Assembly (NCBI GenBank): GCA_963676615.1
Contig: OY781092.1
Location: forward strand, 1,056,001 to 1,120,000
Direction: 5' to 3'
Origin: Candidatus Cloacimonadota bacterium
GTDB lineage: Bacteria; Cloacimonadota; Cloacimonadia; G963667145
DNA: 64,000 nt
The notes beneath the pieces were generated by a model, which saw only the letters and a program-made list of their open reading frames with translations, was not told the origin of the DNA and made no database searches. Positions 18,721 through 28,020 of this stretch are shown here, in pieces (position 1 is the stretch's first letter; each line of letters begins with the position of its first letter). The translations under genes and the position numbers were made by a program.

Positions 18721-20090
18721 AACAACTCCCCAATAGCCATCTTATAGCTCTCAAAAGCGATAATATATTGATAAATACTGTTCAAATAGCCCAAATTCGC
18801 CACATTTTGCTGCAAAGTCGCATCCAAAAACTCCAGCTGCGTCGAAACTCCACTCTCATAGCGTCCCTGCGCAATACTGAAAGCTTTTTTTGCCAAAGCC
18901 AAATTCTCTTTTTGTGACATCCAGCTCTTTTTGGCCTGCACCAAACTGTAATAGCTATTTTGCACATCAAGCTTCACCAAATCTCTGGTGTTTAGCTCGG
19001 TTTCCTTAGCTTTGCGCCAATCGTATTGCTTAGCAGCCACCTTGTTCCAGCGTGCGCCGCTGGTAAAAATCGGCATAGAAGCCCCCAAACTCACCTGCCA
19101 ATAATCGCCCATATTGTCCGTTCCCAAGCTATTATCATCAGTTTGCGAAAACTTCTTATACTCAAAACCCGCCTGCAAATCTGGCAAAAAAGTCAGCTGC
19201 TCCATCCGAAAATCCCGCTTTTTGATTTTTGTGGCAAGCTCTGCAATCTCAATCTCTTTGCGCTTTTCAAAACTCCTGCTAATAGCCTCCTCCAGCGAGC
19301 TCAAACTCACCAATGGTGTCACAAAAGAGTCGGTCAGCACCAGTTCATCCTTATCTTTCCAACGAACATAATTCTTAAAAGTTTGCCGTGCTAAAATTCG
19401 GTCTTTCTCCGCCTGTTCCAGCGCTGGTTTCTGCTTGGTAACTTCCAACTTAGACCGCAAAAAATCGTATTGCGACACCACACCGTTCTTATATTTGCTC
19501 TGCACTTGGCGGAAATTTCTCTCGGCAACACTCAGCGCCTGTTTTTGCACATCATACTGCGCCTGCGCCAACAAAAGCGAATAGTAATACTTAATCAAAG
19601 TGAAAAGCACCTCTTGCTTTTTCAGCTCATACTGCTTTTTGCTTATTTTGGCGGCATCCGCTGCCATACTAATCATCGCGGGCGTTTGCACCGACAAAAT
19701 TTGCGTCGCCTGCACTCCATACGCAAAATCGGTCTGCTTGTCTGCGGGAATATTCGCATCTTGCAGCTCCGCTATCTCGTCCGCCAAAATCTTGTCGTCT
19801 CCGCTCATCCCCGCGGCAGCTGTCGAGAACTGCTTCATCCCGTCAACAAAAGCCGCTGATGGATCTGGATATGTAGTTTTTTTGTAGGAATAGCCACCAA
19901 CCAAATCGACCTGCAAAAGCGCTTCTCCCCAAGCCTGCAAATACTGCTTTTTCGCAATTTTTTGCTCATAATCGGAAGACCTAAGCTCCAAATTATTTTT
20001 CAACGCCAGCTTTTTTGCATCCTGCAAACTCAGCGAAAACAAGCTCGACCAACACAAAATCGCCAAAAACACACCCAATTTAACTCTCAT
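18717..20090 (-). CDS. TolC-family outer membrane efflux protein
   Basis: Signal peptide, LSLQDAKKLALKNN and duplicated OEP repeats (YKNGVVSQYDFL / YESGVSTQLEFL). Confidence 0.92.
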   Translation of the reverse strand: MRVKLGVFLAILCWSSLFSLSLQDAKKLALKNNLELRSSDYEQKIAKKQYLQAWGEALLQVDLVGGYSYKKTTYPDPSAAFVDGMKQFSTAAAGMSGDDKILADEIAELQDANIPADKQTDFAYGVQATQILSVQTPAMISMAADAAKISKKQYELKKQEVLFTLIKYYYSLLLAQAQYDVQKQALSVAERNFRQVQSKYKNGVVSQYDFLRSKLEVTKQKPALEQAEKDRILARQTFKNYVRWKDKDELVLTDSFVTPLVSLSSLEEAISRSFEKRKEIEIAELATKIKKRDFRMEQLTFLPDLQAGFEYKKFSQTDDNSLGTDNMGDYWQVSLGASMPIFTSGARWNKVAAKQYDWRKAKETELNTRDLVKLDVQNSYYSLVQAKKSWMSQKENLALAKKAFSIAQGRYESGVSTQLEFLDATLQQNVANLGYLNSIYQYIIAFESYKMAIGELL

Positions 20091-20562
20091 CTTTCTTCAT
20101 CTCCTTCCATTCTTCTACAGCGTTTGTCACCTTTTTCAAGATAAAACTCGCAAACTCCAAATCTTCCTTGATAACTTTCTCAAAATCTTCGTCAAATTCG
20201 ATTTCGGCATCGGCAATCAGCTCCGACACCAAACTCTTAAAGCCAAAAAACAACTCTATCGAATCTTCCAGATGATCTTTCAGCGACGAACCCGACGGAA
20301 TGCGAAAATATCGCCTGCGCTCGTTGATTTTGCGAAAATCTTCCAATCGACCAAGCCCCAGCAGCAAGTTCAGCCCCAAACTCACAGCCCCTTTGCTCAG
20401 CTCCAGCGTGTCCTGAATATCCTCAAAAGACAAGCCCTTATTGCCCGTAACCAAAATCAGCCCCGCAATCATTGACGCCGAAGTTTTGTAGCCTCGCTTC
20501 TCTTCCAGAGTCACCGTCTTCTGTATCAATTTTTTCTGATTTAGTGTCAATTTTAACTTCAA
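20080..20562 (-). CDS. GbsR/MarR-family winged-helix regulator
   Basis: LSFEDIQDTLELSKGAVSLGLNLL HTH and ERRRYF wing; first gene of the efflux operon. Confidence 0.8.
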   Translation of the reverse strand: MKLKLTLNQKKLIQKTVTLEEKRGYKTSASMIAGLILVTGNKGLSFEDIQDTLELSKGAVSLGLNLLLGLGRLEDFRKINERRRYFRIPSGSSLKDHLEDSIELFFGFKSLVSELIADAEIEFDEDFEKVIKEDLEFASFILKKVTNAVEEWKEMKKDES

Positions 20563-20584
20563 AAAAATCTCCTAGCCTTTAAAC

Positions 20585-20609
20585 TTCATTTAGTTTAAAA
20601 ATAAATGAA
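20585..20609. promoter_or_regulatory. Palindromic operator candidate for the efflux regulator
   Basis: TTCATTTA-N9-TAAATGAA lies between a minus-strand TTGACG (20624-20619) and the regulator start. Confidence 0.6.
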
Positions 20610-20651
20610 CTAAAAATTCGTCAAGAAAATATTTCGCTACCAAAAAATTTA

Positions 20652-21419
20652 CTACTTTTTAAGACAAAGATAAAGCCTATCGCCCTTATCCAGACAATAG
20701 CGCTCAATTTTGGACTCGCCCAAACTTTTTTGCATATCATACTCCAGCACCTCAAAACCCGCCTCCTGCAAGCGCTTGGGATAGTCCAGTCCATACAGAC
20801 GGACATGATCGTCCTGCCCATAAAGTTTCTCCCGCATTTTCGGGTCGGTAATCGTCGGATCTTCTTGCGTCTTTTGGGCGCTTGTGTTCATCGGCACCAT
20901 AAAAATTCCAAAGCCTTTGGGTTTCATCACCCGATAAAACTCGCTCAACACCTTCGCATCGTCGCTCACATGCTCCAGCAAATGATTGGCAAACACAACA
21001 TCAAAACTCGCATCCTCAAACGGAATTTTGTGCACATCAAAATGATAGTCCGCCCACGGCGAGCAAAGATCAGCAGTAACATATTCGATGTTTGGCAACT
21101 TCCGAAAAATCTTCAGAAAGCAATATTCTGGCGCCAAGTGTAAAACTTTATGCTTTTCTTGGAAAAAATCTGTCTCGTTTTGTAAAAATAGCCAAAACAG
21201 CCGATGACGCTCCAAAGACAGAGAATGCGACGCTAAAGCGTTTTTGCGTGGAGTCAATCGCCCATACGGCAAAAGTTTGCGATATTTTTTACCTGTAATC
21301 GGGTCTTCAAATTTTTTGCCCGCATAAAACCACGCAATACTGCACAAACCAAGATGAGCCACTTTGTGCAGGTGATGCCTCGGCACCACTCGCAACAAAA
21401 ATTTTATCAGAAATTTCAT
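20652..21419 (-). CDS. Class I SAM-dependent methyltransferase
   Basis: SLERHR, VLHLAPE, YVTADL and SFDVVFANHLLEHV motifs. Confidence 0.85.
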   Translation of the reverse strand: MKFLIKFLLRVVPRHHLHKVAHLGLCSIAWFYAGKKFEDPITGKKYRKLLPYGRLTPRKNALASHSLSLERHRLFWLFLQNETDFFQEKHKVLHLAPEYCFLKIFRKLPNIEYVTADLCSPWADYHFDVHKIPFEDASFDVVFANHLLEHVSDDAKVLSEFYRVMKPKGFGIFMVPMNTSAQKTQEDPTITDPKMREKLYGQDDHVRLYGLDYPKRLQEAGFEVLEYDMQKSLGESKIERYCLDKGDRLYLCLKK

Positions 21420-21436
21420 TTAATTATCCTTATTTA

Positions 21437-22024
21437 TCAATTCTTAAAGATTTTAAGAACAGTTAAAAAAATTATTTTAAAGTACTCTTTTAAAGATTTA
21501 TATTTAATATATTTCATATTTAAACGAATTTTTGCTGGCATAATTTTTTCGATATAAGTTTTCTCTGGATTCTCAGATTTTCCTAAAATTTCATTTTCAT
21601 TAGAAAAAAAAATCGAAGCATAGTCGGTTATTCCTGGTTTTATGTTCAACACTTTACTTTGCTCTTTTGTATAAAGACTAACATACTTCCTCACCTCAGG
21701 ACGCGGACCAACCAAACTCATATCACCCCTGAACACATTAAACAGCTGAGGTAATTCGTCTATTTTATACTTTCGGATAAACTTCCCAACTGTCGTTATC
21801 CTAAAATCTTCCCCTACAGTTATCAATCCCTTTTTATCTGAATCCACAACCATAGAACGGAATTTAAACAACTTGAAATTTTTGTTGTTTTTCCCAACTC
21901 TAGATTGGCTATAAAAAACTCCTCCTTTGGTCTCCATCGAAATGCAAAATGCAACAATCAAAAAAATGGGAGAAAGAAATAATATGCCAAAAAAAGAAAA
22001 AACTATATCAAAAAATCTAGTCAT
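21437..22024 (-). CDS. Initiating phosphoglycosyl (undecaprenyl-phosphate sugar) transferase
   Basis: RFFDI, KFRSM, IDELPQLFNV and GDMSLVGPRPE motifs. Confidence 0.93.
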   Translation of the reverse strand: MTRFFDIVFSFFGILFLSPIFLIVAFCISMETKGGVFYSQSRVGKNNKNFKLFKFRSMVVDSDKKGLITVGEDFRITTVGKFIRKYKIDELPQLFNVFRGDMSLVGPRPEVRKYVSLYTKEQSKVLNIKPGITDYASIFFSNENEILGKSENPEKTYIEKIMPAKIRLNMKYIKYKSLKEYFKIIFLTVLKIFKN

Positions 22025-23237
22025 GCAATAAATTTTTTTGAGTAGAAAAAACTACTGCTTCTAGCACTTCGTCAAGCTGTTCATCTGTTAAATTATAATA
22101 AACAGGCAAACTTATCTCCCTGGAATAATTATCATAAGCCGTCGGATAATCAGCCATTTTATACCCCCTGCTTTTATAAGCAGTTAAAAGCGGAAGAGGT
22201 TGAAAATGAACATTTACTGAAACCCCTTTTTCAAAAATATTTTGAATTATCTCGTCTCGCTGCTTTTCTGTAATATTTTTTATCCTAAGTGGGTATATAT
22301 GACAAGATGACACCCTGTTTTCATCGGCAATTATCGGCAACTCAAAAATTTCGTAATTTGAAAAAACTTCGTTATAAGTTTCCATTATCATCTTCCGCCT
22401 AGCCAATGTTTCAGAATCATAATACTTCAAATCTATTAAACCCAGCGAAGCCTGAATATCTGTCATATTTCCTTTATATCCGGCATCGAGAACATCATAT
22501 TTCCAATTACCAATTTCCGTTTTTGCAAGTGCATCTTTAGATTGTCCGTGCAAGCTCATAATATTCAGCTTTGTGTAAATATCATCACAATTAAACTGCC
22601 TAGGCAAATTTAGAGCAATTGCCCCACCTTCAGCTGTAGTTAAATTTTTTACTGCATGAAAAGAAAAAACAGAAACATCAGTGAGAGATCCTGAGCGCTT
22701 GTTTTTATACAAAGCTCCAAAGGAATGAGCAGCGTCCGAAAGAATCAAAATCCTTCCCATTTTTTTTTGAACATCTGTTTTAGCATCAAATATTTTTTTT
22801 ATCTGGGGACTCTCCACCATTTTATTTAAGCTCTCATAGTCACAAGGCAATCCCGCAATATCAACTGGGATAATGGCTTTAGTCCGCTTCGTTATTGCAT
22901 TTTTTACAGCTTTTACATTTATCGTAAAATCCTCTGCATTTGAGTCAACCAAAACTGGAGTTGCCCCACAATGTATAATAACATTTGCCGAAGCGCAATA
23001 AGTATAAGCAGGTACGATAACCTCATCGCCAAATCCAACACCAAACCATCGTAAAATCAGCTCAAGCCCAAAAGTTGCGGAGTTTAAGCATAAAGTTTTT
23101 TTATGCCCACAATATTTTGTTATTTCTTTTTCAAACTTTTTTGTTTTGGGACCTGTTGTAATCCAACCAGATCGGAGTGTGTCCACAACTTCATCAATCG
23201 CTTCTTGCCTAATATTAGGCGGTGAAAATGGTATCAT
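22017..23237 (-). CDS. DegT/DnrJ/EryC1/StrS sugar aminotransferase
   Basis: SGWITTGP, DAAHSFG and FSFHAVKNLTTAEGG motifs. Confidence 0.93.
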   Translation of the reverse strand: MIPFSPPNIRQEAIDEVVDTLRSGWITTGPKTKKFEKEITKYCGHKKTLCLNSATFGLELILRWFGVGFGDEVIVPAYTYCASANVIIHCGATPVLVDSNAEDFTINVKAVKNAITKRTKAIIPVDIAGLPCDYESLNKMVESPQIKKIFDAKTDVQKKMGRILILSDAAHSFGALYKNKRSGSLTDVSVFSFHAVKNLTTAEGGAIALNLPRQFNCDDIYTKLNIMSLHGQSKDALAKTEIGNWKYDVLDAGYKGNMTDIQASLGLIDLKYYDSETLARRKMIMETYNEVFSNYEIFELPIIADENRVSSCHIYPLRIKNITEKQRDEIIQNIFEKGVSVNVHFQPLPLLTAYKSRGYKMADYPTAYDNYSREISLPVYYNLTDEQLDEVLEAVVFSTQKNLLHD

Positions 23238-23836
23238 AATTTTCTTTTTTTAATCATCTTATACATTTTTCTACTAGGATACGAATCAAAAACATAAAAT
23301 TCTTCATACCCCAAATTTTTATAAAAATTTACAGCCAACGCATTGTTACTAACATCTGTAGTCAATGCAATTTTTTCTACATTTTTAGCAAATAATTTCC
23401 GCTCAAATTCTCTCAACAACAACCTACCATACCCCCTCCCTTTACTGCTTGGCGAAACTGCTATTGAAAGCAATTCTCCATAATCACCAGTATCTTCCCC
23501 ATTGCCTTTTGACAGATTCAAAAACAATCTAAAAATAGCTTTTGGACGATTAAAAACAACCTTAAAAAGAGCAACCGAAAAAGAAAAAATATTCATAATC
23601 AACAGTCTCTTATGAAAGCCTTTGGAATATGCTGTCCCCACTGCAAACCCTATAACCACGCCATCATCATCTAATAGGCAAATACCTACCCCTAATCTAT
23701 TTTTAATCAGAGCCGTATAATAAACTTCTAAAAAACAATCTCCCAAAGATGTAAGAAAAAAATCCCGAAAAGCTTGTTTATGAACAGTTATAAAACCTTT
23801 CGGCAATTCTTTTTTTATCTCAACAATTTTCATCAA
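23234..23836 (-). CDS. GNAT-family N-acetyltransferase
   Basis: LLSIAVSPSSKGRGYG and NALAVNFYKNLGY motifs. Confidence 0.88.
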   Translation of the reverse strand: MMKIVEIKKELPKGFITVHKQAFRDFFLTSLGDCFLEVYYTALIKNRLGVGICLLDDDGVVIGFAVGTAYSKGFHKRLLIMNIFSFSVALFKVVFNRPKAIFRLFLNLSKGNGEDTGDYGELLSIAVSPSSKGRGYGRLLLREFERKLFAKNVEKIALTTDVSNNALAVNFYKNLGYEEFYVFDSYPSRKMYKMIKKRKL

Positions 23837-25004
23837 TTCCTTTCACATATTTATAATATTTCGTACTATTACTCTTAGTAAAATTTAAAGAAGCCAATCT
23901 TGAGTTTCTTTTAATTTTTTCTAAATATTTTTCCTCTCCTAGTAACTTATTGATAAAAATTTTCATCTTGCCAATATCATCTCCTGTAAAAACCTCTCCA
24001 CATGAATATTTTCTAATTATTTTGGCAAAATCTGTTTTTTCACTAGCAATCCCTAAAATAGGCACACCTGCCGCTAAAGCATAAAAAGTTTTACTGGGAA
24101 CTGAAGCAGATGTAGCCTCAAGAGTCAAAGTCACAACAAACAAATCCGCACAAGAAATAGAAAGAGGTAGAAGTTCAAAAGGTTGATAAGGCAAAAGTTT
24201 TAAATTTGACAGTCTTAAACACTCTTTCTCTGCCTCCACCATTTTTCTTTTATCTCCATCCCCTATAAGCAAAAACTCTATTCGTCTATCATTTTTTAGA
24301 GCAAACGCCAAATTAACAATTGCCTCAATATTATGAGTAGCTCCCATATTTCCTGAATACATAATCGTAAATTTATCCAATTGATTATGCTCAACCGCGA
24401 ATTTATTTTCATTTTTAGCAAGAGGTTTCACAAAATTTATATCAACCCAATTTTGGATGATAATAGGATTTAAATCTTCTCCATAAGTTTCAATAAGATT
24501 CGCCATAGTTTTAGCCAAAGTAAAAATATTTTCAGCTCTTTTAAATAAAATTTTATTCCCGAAACCCCAAACTTTAAAAATCATAGACCTCTCGTTTATT
24601 CCAATACTTTTTAGAGCTTCAGGATAAATATCATAAATAAGCAAATCAAATTTTTTCCCTAAAAACAGTTTAAATATTAAACCTATAAACGGCAGAAAAG
24701 CGGGAGTAGTAACCAAAAATAATCGATTCTTTCTAAAGCGAAACAAAACTTTAAAAAAAACTTGAATTGTAAAAATAAACCAAGAAATAAATCTTTCTCT
24801 AAAATTTCTTTTATTGTATTTACACCCCCAAATCACCTCTACATCTGGAGAAATTATCCCTGAAGCAGTAATTTCTCCTGTGATTAGAACAACTTTTTCT
24901 CCTCTTTTAGCAAAATCATTTACAATGTCCGCAAACAAAGTTCCCGTCACCTGGTTAACAAAAATTATTTCTTCCACAATATCTTTTTGCAAGTTTGCCT
25001 CCAC
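23820..25004 (-). CDS. Glycosyltransferase family 4 (WbuB-like)
   Basis: YDIYPE, MYSGNMG and VPSKTFYALAAGVPI motifs; start codon uncertain. Confidence 0.88.
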   Translation of the reverse strand: MEANLQKDIVEEIIFVNQVTGTLFADIVNDFAKRGEKVVLITGEITASGIISPDVEVIWGCKYNKRNFRERFISWFIFTIQVFFKVLFRFRKNRLFLVTTPAFLPFIGLIFKLFLGKKFDLLIYDIYPEALKSIGINERSMIFKVWGFGNKILFKRAENIFTLAKTMANLIETYGEDLNPIIIQNWVDINFVKPLAKNENKFAVEHNQLDKFTIMYSGNMGATHNIEAIVNLAFALKNDRRIEFLLIGDGDKRKMVEAEKECLRLSNLKLLPYQPFELLPLSISCADLFVVTLTLEATSASVPSKTFYALAAGVPILGIASEKTDFAKIIRKYSCGEVFTGDDIGKMKIFINKLLGEEKYLEKIKRNSRLASLNFTKSNSTKYYKYVKGIDENC

Positions 25005-25203
25005 AATATTTGAAAATTATATACTTCATTGAATGTCGTTCGATTATATAATAACAAGAAGTTTGCCCTTCCTCATTCAGCCTTAATCTAAATTTTAGAA
25101 ACAACCTCGTAAAGTGATTTAACCCACGACATCCCCCCAATTAAATACAAAAAAATAGCTTCAGATAATTTCCTTACTAACATTTAGGGCAAAAACTAAA
25201 ATA

Positions 25204-26364
25204 TTAAACATTTTCCAATCTTTTTTTGCAATCTTTTTTTACAAAATCGTGAGCTATTATCATAAGTAAAATCAAGACACAAGTTCCTGAAGTAAAATAT
25301 GGATTAGAACCTGAATTAATAACTATAGACAAATAAGTCAATCCTAAGCAAAAAAAGACTTTATTTTTTCTATTATTATAAATAATTGTCAAAGGGTAAA
25401 CAATTATAAAAAAGAAAAATATAAATGAACCTAGACACCCATAAGTAAATAACCAATAGATATATAGATTCTCTACTAAAGGATCTGATCCTCTAAGAGT
25501 AAACTCATAACCTACTCCATATCCCCAAAAACTTATATTTTTTTTAAGAAAATCGTATTGAGTTGCCTTAATTGAGATAGAAGTATTTTTGTAAGCTAAA
25601 AAATTACCTATCTCATGGTAAAGCAAAAAAGCTATCACTCCCAAAATTAATAATATTATGAACTTATTTTTAGCAATTATTCTAACATGAAAGAAAAAAC
25701 ATATAACAAAATACGACACAAACATTGAAATAGATCTAGCCAAAACAATATTAATTAAGAGGATTAAATGTATTAACAAACTTTTCAACTTGTGTTTTTT
25801 ATCAACAAACAATAATAAAAAAGGGAAAAATATTGCAAATGAATCCCAAATCCTTCTAAAAGTTCCGTGCTTAATTGCAACTAGGTCTGTATGCTCTCTT
25901 AAGAATTTAAAAATATTTAAAAAAAAGCCTACATCTAAATTAGCGCCCAAAGCTAAAAAAGAAAATACACAAAATTTAATTAGAATAGCCCATGAAAATA
26001 TTTTAACTAAATTTTCGTCACGATTAAACTTAGACAAATAGCATAAAACAGGAAAAACTAAGAACATTATAAGATATCTAGACACCAACATTGAGTAATC
26101 AATTCTACCATTTTTCAATAACCCAAGTAAAATATAAAAACTTTGGAAAGCAAAAAGACCAACAATAAAAAGAGAACTTTTCTCAATTTGAAAATACTTT
26201 TTTTTGTTTAACAAAAAATATGCTACTACCGCTATTGGAATTAACACAAAATATAAGCTTTTCACAAAAACAAAAATTTTTGAATAAACAGACAGAATAA
26301 AATATAACGCCACAAGAGCTTGCAGCAAAAGCCCTAAATTTTTATCTATTCTCCTTATTGCCAT
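25204..26364 (-). CDS. Polytopic membrane protein, probable Wzy polymerase
   Basis: About 10 hydrophobic segments and a WGYGVG...ENLY loop, inside a GT cluster. Confidence 0.65.
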   Translation of the reverse strand: MAIRRIDKNLGLLLQALVALYFILSVYSKIFVFVKSLYFVLIPIAVVAYFLLNKKKYFQIEKSSLFIVGLFAFQSFYILLGLLKNGRIDYSMLVSRYLIMFLVFPVLCYLSKFNRDENLVKIFSWAILIKFCVFSFLALGANLDVGFFLNIFKFLREHTDLVAIKHGTFRRIWDSFAIFFPFLLLFVDKKHKLKSLLIHLILLINIVLARSISMFVSYFVICFFFHVRIIAKNKFIILLILGVIAFLLYHEIGNFLAYKNTSISIKATQYDFLKKNISFWGYGVGYEFTLRGSDPLVENLYIYWLFTYGCLGSFIFFFFIIVYPLTIIYNNRKNKVFFCLGLTYLSIVINSGSNPYFTSGTCVLILLMIIAHDFVKKDCKKRLENV

Positions 26365-27176
26365 TCAGTTGCACCTTTTTTAAAATTTAAAAATAAGTTT
26401 CTTGCTTTAAAATAAAAAAAAGACGAAAATGGCATCTTCGAAAGAAAAAATTTTAAAAGTTGAGAAAAATAAATATTCCTTGAATAATCTCCAAAATATT
26501 TAATTTGCGTCTTTTTGACTTCCCTTGCTTGCTCTAAAGCAACATTCAATCCGCTAGACAACCCATCTTGAACAAAGTAAGCTAGTTTTAAATTAACATC
26601 AACATTAAATTTAAACCCCTCATAATAAGCTTTCACAAAAAAATTATAATCTGCCGTATATTTATAATCAAGATCATAATTTCCGATTCTTTTAAAAACA
26701 TCTTTCGCAATCAAACTACTTTGATGTGGCACAACATCATCTTTATTAAATTTTGAATTTTGGAGACTAAATTCTCTAGAAACTGCAGGGTGCAATTTAG
26801 CTGTTAAAGGAAAGTAATCAAAGACAAAAATATCAGCTTTATGAGATGCATCCCTTATAACCTTTTCAAAACTCTCTCTTACAAACATATCTCCAGAATT
26901 CATGAAATTAAGATATTGACCCTTAGCAAGACCAATGCCTTTATTCATCCCGTCAAAAATTCCCTTATCTGGCTCACTTACCCACAAAATATTATCTTGC
27001 TTTGGCAGACTTTGTAAAATTTCCAAAGTCCCATCGTTAGAAGCCGCATCCACTATTATCCATTGGCAATTATTCGGTAAAGGCAAAATAGAATCTCGAG
27101 TTCTCTCTAACCCTAACCTGTTATTATATGATACCGTTATAATAGATAAATAATATTTTTTACTATTTTTTTGCAT
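26355..27176 (-). CDS. Glycosyltransferase family 2 (WcaE-like)
   Basis: SIITVSYN, VDAASNDGT, SEPDKGIFDGMNKG and FMNSGD motifs. Confidence 0.9.
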   Translation of the reverse strand: MQKNSKKYYLSIITVSYNNRLGLERTRDSILPLPNNCQWIIVDAASNDGTLEILQSLPKQDNILWVSEPDKGIFDGMNKGIGLAKGQYLNFMNSGDMFVRESFEKVIRDASHKADIFVFDYFPLTAKLHPAVSREFSLQNSKFNKDDVVPHQSSLIAKDVFKRIGNYDLDYKYTADYNFFVKAYYEGFKFNVDVNLKLAYFVQDGLSSGLNVALEQAREVKKTQIKYFGDYSRNIYFSQLLKFFLSKMPFSSFFYFKARNLFLNFKKGATEWQ

Positions 27177-28020
27177 TTCTTTTTAAAATTTCTTCTATCT
27201 TTTCTTCAGCCTCTGTAGATTTAAACATCATTTTTTTAAAAATCTTTTTCAGCCTAATTTTCCTTGAAAAATTCAATAAATATTTTTGATAACTAAACCC
27301 GTATTTTTGTAAATAATATTTCGTAGAATTTTGCCAATCCAAAATTCTGCTCTCAGGCACAACTGTAGTATGCCCTTCCAAATGAACTATTCTTCTATTA
27401 AAAATCTTTACTTTTTTTCTCGACAATCGCCTAATCAAATCAGGTTCTTCGTTACACAGAAATATTTTTTCATCAAACATGCCAGCCTTCATAAAATCTT
27501 CTTTTCTCACAACGATATCTGCTCCCCAAGGAAAAATAAACTTATATAAAGGCCAAAAATTTATAAACCTAGCAAGCAATTTCTTTAAAATCCAATTAAA
27601 AAAAGAGTATTCAGGGAAAATGCCAAAAGTTTCGTTCGGATTAAAATTCATATCCACAAGCCTAAAGCCCGCACAACCTAACCTTTTATTTTCAAATTCC
27701 CCCAACATAAATTTGAAAATAGGCTCAATTAAAATCGTATCTGGATTAAGAAAAAAAAATATTTCCCCTTTTGCTTTTTTTGCCCCAATATTATTGCCTT
27801 GCCCAAAACCTCCATTTTGAGGATTATGAATCATTTTGATGTCTAAATTTAAATTTAACCTTTTAACAAAATCTTCTATTTCAAATTTTGGAGAATTGTC
27901 TACAATAATAATTTCAAGTTCATTGCCAATATCATTAAATTTTTGAATAGATTGAAGGCAATCTTTTATAACCGTTTGGCTATTATAAGTAACAATAATT
28001 ATAGAAAGTTCTTTTTTCAT
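27163..28020 (-). CDS. Glycosyltransferase family 2
   Basis: SIIIVTYNS, NGGFGQGNN, FLNPD and FDEKIFLCNEE motifs. Confidence 0.9.
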   Translation of the reverse strand: MKKELSIIIVTYNSQTVIKDCLQSIQKFNDIGNELEIIIVDNSPKFEIEDFVKRLNLNLDIKMIHNPQNGGFGQGNNIGAKKAKGEIFFFLNPDTILIEPIFKFMLGEFENKRLGCAGFRLVDMNFNPNETFGIFPEYSFFNWILKKLLARFINFWPLYKFIFPWGADIVVRKEDFMKAGMFDEKIFLCNEEPDLIRRLSRKKVKIFNRRIVHLEGHTTVVPESRILDWQNSTKYYLQKYGFSYQKYLLNFSRKIRLKKIFKKMMFKSTEAEEKIEEILKRNAKK